A stretch of DNA of 62,618 nucleotides, the filler included, from Sphacelaria rigidula (taxonomy: Eukaryota): NCBI GenBank assembly GCA_964200075.2. It is 8 parts of 8 records of this genome, joined end to end, with 100 filler letters (N's around TTAATTAATTAA, not from the genome) between each part and the next. Parts side by side here need not be neighbours in the genome. Positions count along the whole stretch, not along the records: positions 47,041 to 54,779 come from CAXNAA020013613.1; positions 54,880 to 62,618 come from CAXNAA020013614.1; 6 more parts are not named here. One strand, written 5' to 3'. How positions within the stretch are numbered: the stretch's first letter is position 1; every line of letters starts with the position of its first letter. The notes beneath the pieces were generated by a model. That model was not told where the DNA came from. It worked only from the letters and a program-made list of their open reading frames with translations, and ran no database searches. Positions 49,650-62,618 of the stretch are shown piece after piece. The translations under genes and the position numbers were made by a program.

Positions 49650-51688
49650 GCGACCCTCACGTACCCGTTTGGTTGTGTTGGGTTTCCAATCCTTTGCATG
49701 TATACGCTCCTGTCAACGGGACGTTCATGTTCCCGTTCGAGATATCACGAGATGAAATTCCAAAAATGATTTTGACAAGTGAATTTCTATCTTGAGAGTC
49801 TATTTCAACCAAGAAGAGTGGGGAACAGCCGCGAGAGGGTGATAGTGCTTATGACATTTATCGTGATTTGTTTTTCTTCCGTGCTTTCAGTTTGTTGCCC
49901 ATCAGCTCTCCGCCATTCGGAAGGACAAACAAAATCGCCAAAACCGCCAGAATCACTCTCAACGCTCACGGCGCGTTCTCACGTTTCTTGTCTCGTTAAT
50001 CCTGTTGGGACGGGACTCCCATCAACCAGGGGCGAGCACCTGGCTTGCACGCCGGGGCCACTTGTGCATCGACATTTTTTTACTCGTTTTCAAGCAAAAA
50101 TGATGCTGCTTCGTGAAAGAGACCCTTACTCCCTGCATCACTCTTGTGAAGATATTGTTGGGTCACTTGTTTGTTTTTTTTGGGGGGGGGTTGCAGCAAT
50201 CAGTCACCAGCCGTTCTCTCGAAAAGTGATTTTTCGACAAGTGGTGAAAAAGGCCGTGTCCTACCAGGACCGAAAGAGGAAGCGGAAAATGGAAAAAACG
50301 TCCGAAAGCAGCTTTTGATTGATCCCCGGGGGTATCCACGGTTGCGGCGACTAATCAACATGCTATGATACTTCTGGAAGCTTGTTCCTTCTCCCGCTTC
50401 TTTTTTTGGTCTCTACAAGACACGGCTTCACCCTTAGACGGCGAGGTTAGTCTTCTGTTGGATCGGCATCAATTTCAAGTGAAGAACAAATATGCATGAT
50501 CCAGAGAGACTAATCTCGCGGTCGAAGGGTTAATCACTCCCAACAAGAACCTGCCTGAGGGGTGACTGAAACCCGCAGCTCACATGGTACTGCGCAGCTG
50601 ATGTTTCCCGCGATTGCAGGGTAATGGTGGATGTCGTTGTGAGAATAACGCGTCCCTCTTTTTCATGGTGCCCATGGTCGTCTGCCCCGTGTAAGAGTAT
50701 GGATGTTTATTATATAGTCAGCGTAGCAAACTGGATTCGTATGTATTGGTGATATGCTGTCTGCATCAGACCTGTTTGACCCCGCAGCTGACGACAACAA
50801 ACAGCAGTTGATACTTGCCGCACAAGGTTTGGGTATTTGGGCACATCGGTTTTGTGCTAACCCATCGCGCAATTCTACTGCGGCTTCGCCAACCTCCTCC
50901 CCCACGACACTGCGACTTGAACCCTGATGAGTCGAGCAGCATACGCAGCGTGGTGATGCTACTGAACAACCCACCAGCCATCATTACCCGGCCACGTGCA
51001 ACCATCCGATCCGTGATCCGATACAACTTGATGGCTGATTCATCGATTGTCGCACTTTAACTCACCCCCCAGGGATCCACCCGTGGTCACATGATGGACG
51101 TACCAATGAAGAAACACAACTGAAACACTCGCTGAAGGAGAAAAAGAAGGAAGAGAAAAAGTCGAACAGAACGACATAGTAAGACTTGAGACTTGTAAAA
51201 AACAGCAAAGGTCAACAGAAGCAAAGCATGAGCTGACAACTGCATATCAGGACGATGGGTTCCCCGACTCGCAACCCCCAGATCTCGCTACACGCCCTGA
51301 TCCTCCACCTGAGCAAAATGGGGTAAAAAATTCAGGTGTGAGCTACCTGTATGTCGCATGGATACATGAATCATCACCCACCCCTGCGCCATATCAAAGG
51401 TCTTACGACTACGACGTTCAAGATCATGGGTAAACCTGCCCCTCTTCCGTGCCTGGTACGAGATAGAGAGAATATGCGGGAGAGTGAAACGAACAAGGGT
51501 GATCGTCCGAGTCACAGTCTCGAAGGAGAGAGGGTCGATGGAGTCACGAATAAGGTTTTGCCTCGAGCCCATGATTATTACTGTGCATGCATGTGATCCG
51601 CCCGCCCCCCCGTCCCCTCTTCATCCCCCTCTTCATTGCGCGACTTTTCCCCAACACCAAGGTTCCCTGAAACCAGCCAGTGCATCAT

Positions 51689-52253
51689 ATGCTTCGGGGC
51701 GCTATTGGTCTGGCTCTGCCACCCTCAACACTCCCCTTGCTGGCGGTGTCCCTGAGTCGCGTATTGCTGGCGGGAAGGCTGTTGGGCGCATCAGCCTTCG
51801 TTTATTTGCCAAGAAATCCAGCGTTCGTCCCGTCGTTTTCGCGCGCGACCCAGTTTCCCACTTGCCCGCCATCTTGGCCGTCCTGCAGTGGTGCCGTGAC
51901 GCCCGCGACTGCTGCGTTCGCGACCAGGCCTCAGAAGCGTGTTCCCGGGTCGCCGTGTTTGAGCTCCTTCTCTGAGTCATCCCCATCCTGGGCGCTATCG
52001 CCATCGCGCACGCTTCGAGGAGACGTACCACCGACGAATCGAGAACGACCCGCTCCACTGAACGCTGCTGCAACTGCGGACCCTCCGCTGACCAGCCAAT
52101 TTGAGGCGGTTTGCGTGTCGGACATGAGTACTGATGCGGCGAGCGCTGTTTCGGGTGCAGCGACAGCTACAGTGGACAGGAAGGCTGCGTTTCCTCCCGT
52201 GACGATGGATCCGGATGCTACGCAGAAGTTCGCGGAAATCGTGGTTCGGTGGG
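51689..52253 (+). CDS. PHPT1: Janus/Ocnus-family phosphohistidine phosphatase, first coding exon with signal and transit-like presequence
   Basis: ATG preceded by in-frame stop; hydrophobic leader ending GASA|FV; Ser/Pro/Arg-rich stretch; FPPVTMDPDATQKFAEIVVRW resembles PHPT1 N-terminal core; donor G|GTGAGT. Confidence 0.75.
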
Positions 52254-54107
52254 GTGAGTTTGGTGAGGTGTGCATGCTGCTGCTTTGCTTTGCTGAGAGC
52301 TCTCACTGATTTGACTCCGAGCTGATCATGAAGCTGTTGGTCTGCTTGCCCATGCTTGCGGATGGAGGAGGACGATCCGACATTAGCCGTGCCGAATAGT
52401 CCGAGTACTGTTTCGATCCGAAATGCTCTTGGTACCTTGCGCATGCTGTACGACTTGTTCCCCTTATAGGGTAGGTGTAGTACGAGAGTGGTGAAATGAA
52501 ACAGGCTGGAAATTCTCGTCTCGTGGGGCAGGGTGTTGGGGGTCCGAGTAGTCAAAGTATAATTTGTGCGAAAATATCGTTTTCCTCTAGGTGAAGCTCA
52601 CATTTCGGTAAACTCGATCCTGCACGCTTTGTTGACCCGAGGCAATTAGAAAGCATGTAAGGCCTCGCTTCGTGTTGGCGCTCTCCTCTTCTGATTTTCA
52701 GGTCAGCATTTGACCCACTATATTCGTGCTGTTCGTTATCGAAACAGGAGGGAACCGAAATATTGCACGGTTAGGACAAAGCATCACGACTCAAAATCAC
52801 TAAGTTCACGATTTCTTCGGCCCGACTGCGTGCCCAAAAGGGGGAAAAAACGTGATCGCCGGTTCCAGGGGTATCCACGCAACTTTTGCGCCATTCTACG
52901 TGTCTGGGCTGCGTGTACTTGGGTTGCAACGCTGAAATGAAGCCTGGGGATTGATGCGTCACGAGTCGACTCATCATACTAAAACCAAGTAATTGTCAGA
53001 CGAATCATTCTTTGTCCGACCCTTGAAATATTGTCGCGTCCTTCTATTCTCTTTTCCCTATGTGTCGGGGGGGGGTGTTGTTTGGGAAACGTCCTTTTGA
53101 CGAGATGGGTTGCACTCGAATCCACTCGTATTTCTGTGTGCCAAGAACATAACGGGAATACTAACCAATATCAGCCCCCCCCTTCTCATGTGTATATCGG
53201 CACTCTCGCGTCAATTCTGGAATGATACTGCGATTAAAGGGGGAGGAGAGAGAGAGGTTGAAACGGCAGTTTTGAAAATTGTTACACAATAGAGCCTCGG
53301 GCCACAGTCGCATTATTTTTTTTAAACGTATCAGCTGTTCCATACACAAACTCCACCATGACTTCATTGACCCCCTGCCGCACGAATCTCTGATTGAAAC
53401 CCCGGTTCACTTCACTACTCTCCTACCCACCCGCCTTCCTATCCCTTATCCTGTACCGGGATGGCGGGAAGTCCGAGCCACTTCGTGGACAGAGGTAACT
53501 TTGAAACGTCGCTGCAGGCAGGAAGTTTTATTTGGATGCCGTTGGTATCAACATTGTCACATGCATTCAGACTTTGTGGCAACAACTTCACCCATATAAA
53601 AAGCCTAAAACGAACAGAGGTGGTCGAGGAGGTCGCACGGCGAGGCTTCGTAGCTTCCAGGAGGTCTTGTGCGAATCTCTCGTAGTGTAGGGTGTCTTCG
53701 CTTTCGTGTAAATGTTTTGTTTATCGCCTTCCTCTGTTTGGCTGTTTGATTCATGGGTATGGATGGTGTGCTCCCCGTACTCGGTGACGACGGGTCCGAG
53801 AGATCCGAGCTAATGTGACGGATATGATGAACGAGTTCGTGAGGTCGTGGACACCACTCATCAACCCTTTTGTTTCGGTCGATCACCCCCCCCCGCGCCA
53901 CACACACGCGCGCGAAAGGAATGGAATTTGCTTGTTTCGACTGGCGAGTGCTTCCATTTGCATCTCCTCGATCATGTACGTCTTCTGGCGGCCACAGCTA
54001 GATTGGGAGAGGATGACTAGATATGGCGAGTCAATCATTTCACTCTGCTCAGCTGGGATTCATGTCGAGAGTTTGACGGCCACCCTGTGGTGAACCCTAT
54101 ATCGCAG

Positions 54108-54282
54108 ACAAAGAAAGCGAGGAAGAATCAGTTCTGATCAGAGGCCTTGCAGCGGCGGAGTATCACGTTCAGGCTGGGGAGCCGACTATGGACCAGCTCG
54201 AAAAGGCGGGCATTGAGGCTAGGATTACAGGAGGAGGCCGGATCAAGCACGACTCGAAAGACAAGACCATATTTATATTCGG
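54108..54282 (+). CDS. PHPT1: Janus/Ocnus-family phosphohistidine phosphatase, second coding exon (gene continues beyond contig)
   Basis: CAG| acceptor in phase 1; DKESEEESVLIRGLAAAEYHVQAGEPTMDQLEKAGIEARITGGGRIKHDSKDKTIFIFG has IRG..AEYH and GGGRI.H motifs; donor GG|GTATGT. Confidence 0.9.
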
Positions 54283-54734
54283 GTATGTGGTGCATCCTGG
54301 TGTTGTCTCGTTGTCAGCCTCCGAGTGAATGCTTAACTGCAATTGTGAATTTTGCTATCGGAAGAGTGCTTGCCCTGACAAGTCGCACTGTGGGGAAGCG
54401 TGATGACGTGTCACTTTCACCTCCTCTTATCTTCCTGTACTTTCGATATCCGCACTCGCATACGTGGTATTTTCATTACAGTTATCTCACGTTAGTCCCC
54501 GCCGGGGGAGGGGGGGGGATAAAGCGAGGAGATTCCAACCTTGTTTTTGGCCCGACAATGGCCGCTTGGAGACGTCGCTTGAAGCAGTGAAGAGGATTTG
54601 GAATAGTCTGCATGTTGATGTTCGGTGGCGTGGCTGTTGTAGATTGACAACCCTTTGCCCTGCAAAAGTGCTGGCAGACAATTATTTTGGTTGTACGCGG
54701 TACTCGTCAACCGTGTTGCCTCGGGCAGCGATAT

Positions 54735-54766
<32 letters not shown>

Positions 54767-56286
54767 CCCCCCCCACCGCNNNNNNNNNNNNNNNNNNNNN
54801 NNNNNNNNNNNNNNNNNNNNNNNTTAATTAATTAANNNNNNNNNNNNNNNNNNNNNNNNNNNNNNNNNNNNNNNNNNNNTCCTCTTCAACTCTGCATCCT
54901 ATTTCTACCCCCTCTTTCTCCCATGACTCTTGAATTCCTGCGATATTTAGGTAGTGTTCACGCACTCGTTTCGCCATCTCTAGTGGTTGAGTGGGGGGAA
55001 CGTGTTCAAAGGATGGGATGGAGTCGAGTCAAGTATGGTTTGTGTATACGTTGCATACGATGTTGTCCGCTCTTGGTGATGTTAACTGAATCCCAACGAT
55101 GGAACGACTTGGTCGTTGACGTTGATGAACCACTTCACGTCATGTCGGTATGGGAGTTCAGCTGCAAGGACGGATGACACTTCAGATCGGAGGACCACCA
55201 CCCGCCTCCTCATGCAGGGATGGTGTCGTGTACAGCGACAATCTGGCGGTGAGCGCACGGGTGGAGCGGAGGGGGTAGTCGACGGCACACGCTGAGTGCA
55301 CTGATGCCCGGTTGGTATTGGTGTGTCGAAGGCGGTGTCGTCTGCTTACGTTCTCCGCTGTTATTGATCACAACAACCATCTCGTTGCGCCCGTGGTTCA
55401 GGCCCGCGATTCGCATCGCACTTTCTTCGCCCTTGTCTGTCGCTGATTTGTATACCTACTGTTTGGAGATCTTTTGAGCGGCGCCGAAGGTGTGGCACAT
55501 TTTTTGAAAACAAAGTGCAAGGATTTGGTAGACATTGTCATTTTATCGGCTGCTCGGTACGCTCAGATATAGACGCGTGGATGTATTGTGCTGCGTATGT
55601 GTCGTGTAAATGACAGGGAATGATCTGACCCTCCGACAGTCACCATATAAAATAGGACATCTACTGAATCGCCAATGGTCCTGACGGCCTACCCTGGGGG
55701 TCAAAGGGTCAGCCCTTGGACCGCGATGCTGGTACAGTGGTCAGCGTCAGAAGTATGCAGAATTCGTAATTACTTAGTTTCTCAAAGATGTCCAAATGCT
55801 GTTCCCTCGCCACCGGGCCTCTGAACATATGTTTATCTTTTTGACAAATATTGAAAGAAAGAATATCGGCGATCAATATTGAGTGACTCACGGGCTTGAC
55901 CAATTATCGAGGGTGCTGCGGAAGTGCGACCGCAGGTTCTAGCTTTTCGGTATTTTCGGTGAACCGACTCGATCGCGATCATATGAGTGAAGACTCAAAA
56001 TGTTTTTATTGTTTTTCTCATTTTCACCTTTTCACTGCGCGTGAGCCGGATGACTATGTTTCTAGGACTATTCACGGTCAATAACACCCTCCTGATAAAC
56101 GGGGTCTTCACTTCGTATCGCCCTCACAACACCAACTTGGGCATTGTCATTTGAGCACGGTCTGATTATTTTGCCGAAACTGTCGACGCTAGCACTTTCG
56201 AGTGCTCATGGAAAATGTTATGCGAAAAAAACGGAAAGAGGCCATCCACAGAAAGTGCTTGACTGAGGTCTGTACAGTACAGGAGG

Positions 56287-56565
56287 TGTACCCAAATGAT
56301 ACCAAGCCGTAGGTTTCAGTATAATCGCATGCATGATTTGAGTAGTAGCAGGGGACAAGGGATCCAGGATTGATGACCCTTATCTGTGTAGCCCCTTGCT
56401 GTTAGCTCGTGATGTGGTCTGTTTCTAGATCACTCCGTGTCAGTTTCGAATCACTCCGTGATAATGACAAGGGATAATAAATGACTTGTTGAGCACGAGG
56501 CCAGTGCTACTCGAGGAGTCCCTCGTGGATAGTTCTCTTGTTCAGATCGTCTGGCAGAGGCTATA
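56287..56565 (+). repeat. 5' LTR (279 bp)
   Basis: TGTACC...GGCTATA; matches 60826-61071 apart from two indels (21 and 12 bp) and substitutions. Confidence 0.92.
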
Positions 56566-59500
56566 ATACCTAGATATTATTCTTCTGGCACTCTGTTAGA
56601 GGAGTTTGGCTGCGGAGAAAAGTGAGCTGCAGTTTAGAGTCAGCTCAGCCCGGAGACGGGAGGAGAACAGCCTGAAACGCACAGCATAGGAGACGCTCCG
56701 TGAGCTGAAGGACGCACAAGTCAGGCAAGAGTCTCTCCGTGAAGTGGTTGAAGCATAGACGACATGGCTCAAGCGGCGGCAGCGCCGCTGGTGTCAGGTG
56801 AGCCACTACAGCCGCCAAAGTATGGTGAAATGTGGAACGAGGAGGCATCACGGGTTGCTTTTGCAAGATACGTTGAATACATACAGCGGTGGAATCTAGT
56901 GAATTCCGAAGGAATCATACAGCATGAGAGGGTGAGCATATGTCAACTTATCCCTACATACGTTCACCGCTGCTTTGAAGACCTGTACAAGGACGGTCGG
57001 GCTATGACCCCCGATTAGTTGCTTGATGCTGTGAGGCAGCATGCCGGGTATACTACAACCGGTGGAAAGCATGACGCTACGCATGCTGCAGCAGACCTGC
57101 GTAGGGTGCTCACAATGAAGCAAAGCGATGGAAAGTCCGTGAAGGATCGTACTATGATGGTTTGCTCAGATTTGGAACGTTTGTTTGCTGAACGTTTTAT
57201 GGTGCAATGTGCCGTGCGGAGGACAGGAGTTGGTTGCCTGGCCCGGCCGAGTCGGTGGTCATAGCTTTGGTGGATGGGATTTCACCCCCGGAATTCAAGG
57301 CGTATGTTCGAAGTGTACAAACGTACGTCGACGGCTGGAAAAAGAACCCGACGGTGGTGTTCAAAACATATTTGAGGCGGCCGACCAGTGGAAGTTCATT
57401 GAAGCACATGGCCGGCGCGACTATGCAACAAGTGCAGGTGGTATGCGCCGCAAACAGCAACTGCAACAGAAACAGCAGCCGTCTTCGCGAGAGTAGTCTA
57501 TTCGCGCGTTTACAACTGCGGCGACACCGGACATATGGTCAAGGACTGCCCCAAACCTCGCAATCAAGGCGCTGCACAGAGCAATGCACGAGATTCATCA
57601 GGATCTCGGGGCGGTCGTCACGGTGGACGGGGCCGTGCCAATCAGGGACGCGGGCGCGACGGCCGCGGTAGCAAGCAATCCCCGGCGGATGGTGGTTCCT
57701 CCGCTGCTGTTTCTTCCACGACGTCATCAGGTGGTGAATCTGGATCTTATGGTTCGTTCGTAGCGGGGCGGACGGTGTACGTGGGAAACGCAAATAATTC
57801 GGTGGGGAGTGCTGGAGCGAATAGCTCGCAACCCATCGGCCAGTCAGGATCCGTGTCTGGTGCATTCCCTACGGCTGCGATGGTTGTAACAGCGCCGTCT
57901 GTATATTCGGCGACTTGGTCTAATTGGACCGACGATTCGCAGCTATCGATGCCATGTGCTGGAGGGCAGCCCTGGCGTCAGGTGACAATTGGGACAGAAC
58001 AGGGCTCTTCGACAGGCGTGGTACCTGTCGATCGCAAGGGTGAATGCTTACGCGCGGATTTATCCTTGCCTGGTTCTGTAGGTTACTTTATGGCCCGCGT
58101 TATTCTGGATTCTGGGTCCGCGCTCACGTCGATCGGTGTGAGATTGTGAGAGCAAATGTCTTCGCAGTTTGGCGGCGCCCAGCTTCAAATTCCGTTTGAA
58201 AACGGACCGTAAACGGCGCAGACCGCCACGGGTGCTCCCGTGACGCTTACACACAAAACAACGCGAATTGCTGTGAGCGTGTGTATGCAGTAGGGGGCTG
58301 TGCAGTCGCAGCCCATTACTTTCGCTGTCATGCCCGGCAGGGACGACGTGGTTCTATTTGGGATGGCGACAATCAAGGAACTTGGGATTGACCTGTATCC
58401 GCTGGCGTTGGAGAAGTTACGTCCGCGTGCTGTGCCGGTGCACACCGGCGTGGAAAACCCCAGTTACCTTGCTGCAAGGCGTGTGATCGTATCCATACGG
58501 TCATTCCAGAGCGAAAATGAGGAGGAGGCTCCTGCTGATGAAGCAGTAGAGCGCTTGGTCGATCGGGGGCCTGATATCTTCATGGACCCAGCAGAGAAGA
58601 GAGGTCCACGGGAGCGTGCGCTTGAGGATAGCGTGCGGCAGGCTGAGCAGAAGGGCCTGAGCGCCGATGGCGCACATTGTCTGCGCGATATTTCGGCTCG
58701 TCGCGTAGATACATTTCGCCGTGCGCTGCGTGGTGATCCGCCAGAGCGCTTTGAGCCCATGATGTTGCATCTTAAGCCCCAGGCAAAGGCAGTGAAGGCC
58801 AAGCCTCGCCGCTGCGATCCTGTGAAGACCGTGTGGCTTACTCCGTGCATCGCAGTTTTGGTGGCATTTGGTTTGTTGGTTAGGAATATTCAGGCTGTGT
58901 GGGCGAGTCCGGTGACGGCGGTGCCGAAGAGGGACACAGTCCGTTTGGTCAGCGACTATCAGGCGGTCAGCGCGCAAGTGGAACAGTCTCCGGGGGTGAT
59001 GCCAAGCCAAGAGAACATGCGGGAGTTGCTGGGCGCCCAACATCAATATCGGTATGTCAGTGAAGACATCCCTGGAGAGCGCATTTTTTCGAGCGATTTG
59101 TTGTCCCACTGGGTGAAGGTTCCTACCGGGCCTATTCGTTCTGTTGCCGTGTACAGCCCATGTGATGCCGATGATTCGCTGCCCTTCATAGATGTCATTC
59201 GTACCGCGCAGCCCAAAACAGTCAGCGACGGTGTTAATGCTTTTCCTACGACTTTCGGCCAAGCTACCTACTATGGCTGAAGATAGTGTGTTTCGTGTGC
59301 GTGTTGGCAGTAGTGATGTGTTGTGGATTCCGTCGGATGATAAGGCTCTACAAAATCGCATGATGGTGTGCGCTCACATGCGGTCATCTAGTCAGCGTGG
59401 TGTGGCGCCGACTCTGTTTCGTTTGAAACAATACTGTGTGTGACCTCACATGGATTCCCACGTTCGCGAGTTCGTTCGACAGTGTTTGCATTGTGTAGAC

Positions 59501-59685
59501 ACTTATGCTGGTGAGATTGTACCTCGCCCATATGGCGATACTGTGCATGGTACTGCGCCAGGTAAAGTTGTTCACCTTGATTTTCTGTACGTCGGAAGTA
59601 GCGGACCTGAAGGTGCTAATGGTCTGCCTGAAGAGGATGGTTTTCTGTAAGTTTTAGTCATCATGGATGATTTGTCCAATTTCGT

Positions 59686-60747
59686 TTGCTTGGAGCCGAC
59701 CGAGGCTTGCACCGCCGAGGTTNNNNNNNNNNGGTTACGGCTAAGCACTTGCTCCATTGGTGCAAGACTTTGGGGGTGCCGCGTGTTTGGGTTAGTAATA
59801 CAGCCACGCACTTCGAGAATCGAGTGATTGCGCAGCTGAGCGATGCGCTGAAGGTTCAACACCATTTTGCTGTGGCGTATACCCCTTGGTCGAATGGTGC
59901 TTGTGAACGCATGGTGAAGGAGGTTATTCGTGCGTTGCGGTCTATCTTGTCGGAACAGCGACGGCCGGTGTCTGAATGGGTTAATGTTTTGCCAGCCGCT
60001 CAGTGGGCGTTGAATACTTACTTTCGTGAACGCTACCGTAACACTCCGTATTGTGTGATGTTTGGGCGTACGCCGCGTGCAGCGTCTTCCGCGCTGGCTT
60101 CTGTCACTGGCGGCGAGTGGAACGTCGACGTCACGGATGCTGATTCGCTGCGTGACAAGGTTCGAGGCGTGGTTGACGAGCGAGTGCGGTTTTGTAAGGA
60201 AGTGCAAACTGCTGTCGCGGTGTCTCGCGAAACCAAAAGCAAGCTTGCTCAGGGCCAGGCTGTGTTGCCCAAGGTTTCAGTTGGAGATTTCGTATTGTAT
60301 GCCCGTGTTCGTAGGCAAGGTGTGACGCCAAAGTTGATGTCCACATGGACAGGTCCGTGGCGAGTGGTCGGAGCCGATCACGCTCACGTGTGTTCGGTGC
60401 AGAACATTGTTTCTGGCACCGTGCACTCGGCCCATGTCGCTCGTTTACGTTTCTATGCTGACTCGCAGTTGCACATCACTGCAGAACTACAACAAGATCT
60501 ATTTCAGCATTCGTATGCTCAAGGTGAATGTCGGATGATCGCTTTGGTGCACGTTGCTGAGAATGACAATGATGATGTCATTGTTTTGGTCGATTGGGAA
60601 GGGTTCGGTGCTAAAGAACGTACGTGGGAGTCTCTTCGCAAAATGTATTCTTCTGCGCCTGAATTTGTTCTGAAGGACCTGCGTAAAATGCGGTTGACTC
60701 GGGCGCTGACCAGTAAATTAGCGTCGGAGTATGGTATTTCTTTGTGA
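59686..60747 (+). pseudogene. Gypsy integrase core and chromodomain
   Basis: GVPRVWVSNTATHF, YTPWSNGACERM, PKLMSTWTGPWRV, chromodomain. Confidence 0.88.
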
Positions 60748-60825
60748 TCTGGCGCATGCGATTCCGCCTTGGTTTTTGTTGGTTGTCAAGCTCGTTTGTT
60801 TGCCTTGAACTCGCTTTGGGTGTGC

Positions 60826-61071
60826 TGTAGCCAAATGATATCAAGCCGTAGGTTCCAGTATAATCGCATGCATGACTGGAGCAGTAGCAGGGGACAGGGG
60901 ATCCAGGATTGATGACCCTTATCTGTGTGGCCCCTTGCTGTTAACTCGTGATGTGGTCTGCTTCTGGATCACTCCGTGACAATAACAAGCGAGAAGAAAG
61001 GATTTGTTGAGCACAAGGTCAGTCCTACTCGTGGATAGTTCTCTTGTTCAGATCGTCTGGCAGAGGCTATA
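60826..61071 (+). repeat. 3' LTR (246 bp)
   Basis: TGTAGC...GGCTATA followed by GAGG. Confidence 0.92.
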
Positions 61072-62458
61072 GAGGGAAATGCGATTTTAATCGTTGTTGT
61101 AAAGGATTGTATACGTATTTATAAATCCGAATTTTCACCGTTTCGTTGCGGAAAAGCCAGAAAACTGCTCTCATTGGACGAAAAATGCTCAATAACACTC
61201 TCCTGATAAACGGGGTATCTAATTCGTATCGCCCCCAAAACACCAATTTGGGCACTGCAGTTTGAGCGCGGCCTACCCGCGGCCTACCCATAGCACTTTC
61301 AAGGAGTAATGAAGAATTATACTCGAGAAAAACTCAAGAACTGCAACAACAACGAATTCTGAAAACTTGTCATGCTGACCGCTATAGTCCATCTGGATCA
61401 CGTTTAAGTAAAATTGATGCCGATTCAGCCGGTGACATACTCTCCCCGCCAAAGGGTAAGCCGTTTGACTGCGAGGGCCGGTCATCTGAATCAAGCATAC
61501 GTTTTTATATCAAATTGATGCCGATTCAACAGATGACCTACTCTCCCCGTCAAAGGGTCAACTGGTTGATCGCGGCGGTAGTTCATCTTGGGTCATATAC
61601 ATACACAGCGGTACAGCAGGTAGGCGACTGGACTGATGTGCAGAAGAAATCGTTGTCAACGTACTCGGCGTCGGGCACTTCCGCCGACCACGGCTATCCG
61701 ACTACGCAAAAGCTGAGAAGCAACGAATTCTCTGGAACTCTTTGGCCCGCCCAAAATCAGTAGGAAAATGTCGGTACATGCAATCACCGCCCATGATATT
61801 CCTGTAGGAAATACCCCTGTCGTAAGACACAGTTTGCGAAGAAATCAAACTGTACGGCTCCAAGCAGAAAACCTCGAGGAATAAAAATGGCCAGCAGCGA
61901 TCCACACTGGCTTTCACTTGTCGTTGTTATAACACACTATTCTCGGATATATACCGTGCACGTTCGCGCCACAGCTTGGCACTGATGTACTGAGAGACAC
62001 ACTCTGAAAGTTCTCGACGCCGCATCCCCCGCCAGGCCCCAAGCTTTCGGTAAACACCTCTAGCGAGGCAGGTGTTGATTTACCAATGTTTTCGTGAGAT
62101 TGAGAGTTGAAGATATGATTGAGAGTGAGGTCTTATTCGGACGACGGGTCGCTTCCACGGTTCCGATAATGGGACGAGACGTTTAGATGTGTAGCATGAA
62201 CATTCCTGCCACCCGTTGCGTGGATGGAATGACAGAATAATCTTGAAAATGTTGCGCGCTGGACCACAGGTCACATTTGTAAAAAAAATGCACCGTTCAA
62301 GATGTCACCTCCAAAGTAGAAGCGTCGTGCGGTTCGAGTAAAAGATACGATTGAGCCAGAACTTATTCGCCAGTGGAAAGTTATGCCACCATTCGTTGCG
62401 TTGACGTGGAACTCGTTTGCGCTCGGAGTCAGGAAAAAGGCGGCTCGTTTTTGACAAG

Positions 62459-62618
62459 ACTGTGTGTGTTGTGTTGTCGTCTCATCTATTCTGGACGCCA
62501 GTCTCCACCTTTCAGTATATGTGGGCGCATCAACCGGGGTCACACAGGAGGAAGGTCAACACAGGAGCTTTTTATTTTTTAGTTTGTTTAAGTACCCCAC
62601 CTTCCTTCTGTGGTGCTT
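62459..62618 (-). mobile_element. 3' part of the (CA)n-tailed SINE (third copy), cut by window end
   Basis: tattctggacgccagtct..ggtcacacaggag matches 14420-14550. Confidence 0.85.

Larger units (their letters stand above)
56287..61071 (+). mobile_element. Ty3/gypsy chromodomain LTR retrotransposon, both LTRs, RT/RNase H largely deleted
   Basis: 4-bp TSD GAGG; knuckle YNCGDTGHMVKDCP; protease ILDSGSA; RT start WASPVTAVPK..RLVSDY; integrase HHCC and core SNGACER; chromodomain LVDWEGFGAKERTWE. Confidence 0.95.

Noticed and set aside
50766-51250. Divergent minus-strand gene upstream of the phosphatase
   Set aside because: Acceptor-like pyrimidine tract only; no recognisable protein or clear donor

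Overview
Eukaryotic, repeat-rich DNA, most likely from a brown alga or other photosynthetic stramenopile (inferred from GT-AG introns, an ASA-F bipartite plastid-targeting motif and the repeat content). The window is not one locus: it is eight contigs of 7740/7739 bp joined by identical 100-nt spacers (44 N + TTAATTAATTAA + 44 N), so neighbourhood across spacers means nothing. Most of it is decayed mobile DNA: two Ty1/copia elements, a chromodomain Ty3/gypsy element with both LTRs and a TSD, tRNA-derived SINEs, Tc1/mariner-, Sola2- and P-like non-autonomous DNA transposons, and Academ-like fragments. Host genes: the last exon of a SERF/4F5 gene, a very large repeat-protein exon, two exons of a Janus/Ocnus (PHPT1-type) phosphohistidine phosphatase with a plastid-type presequence, and a bZIP transcription factor. 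The main finding is in the bZIP gene (minus strand, 26167-27732). Two IRE1-consensus hairpins (7-nt loops CAG|CAGU and CAG|CAGC) flank a 345-nt self-complementary segment. Removing that segment deletes the stop codon and fuses the bZIP in frame to an acidic C-terminal ORF. This is a candidate HAC1/XBP1/bZIP60-type unconventionally spliced UPR regulator in a stramenopile. All calls are by eye; no searches or folding programs were run.
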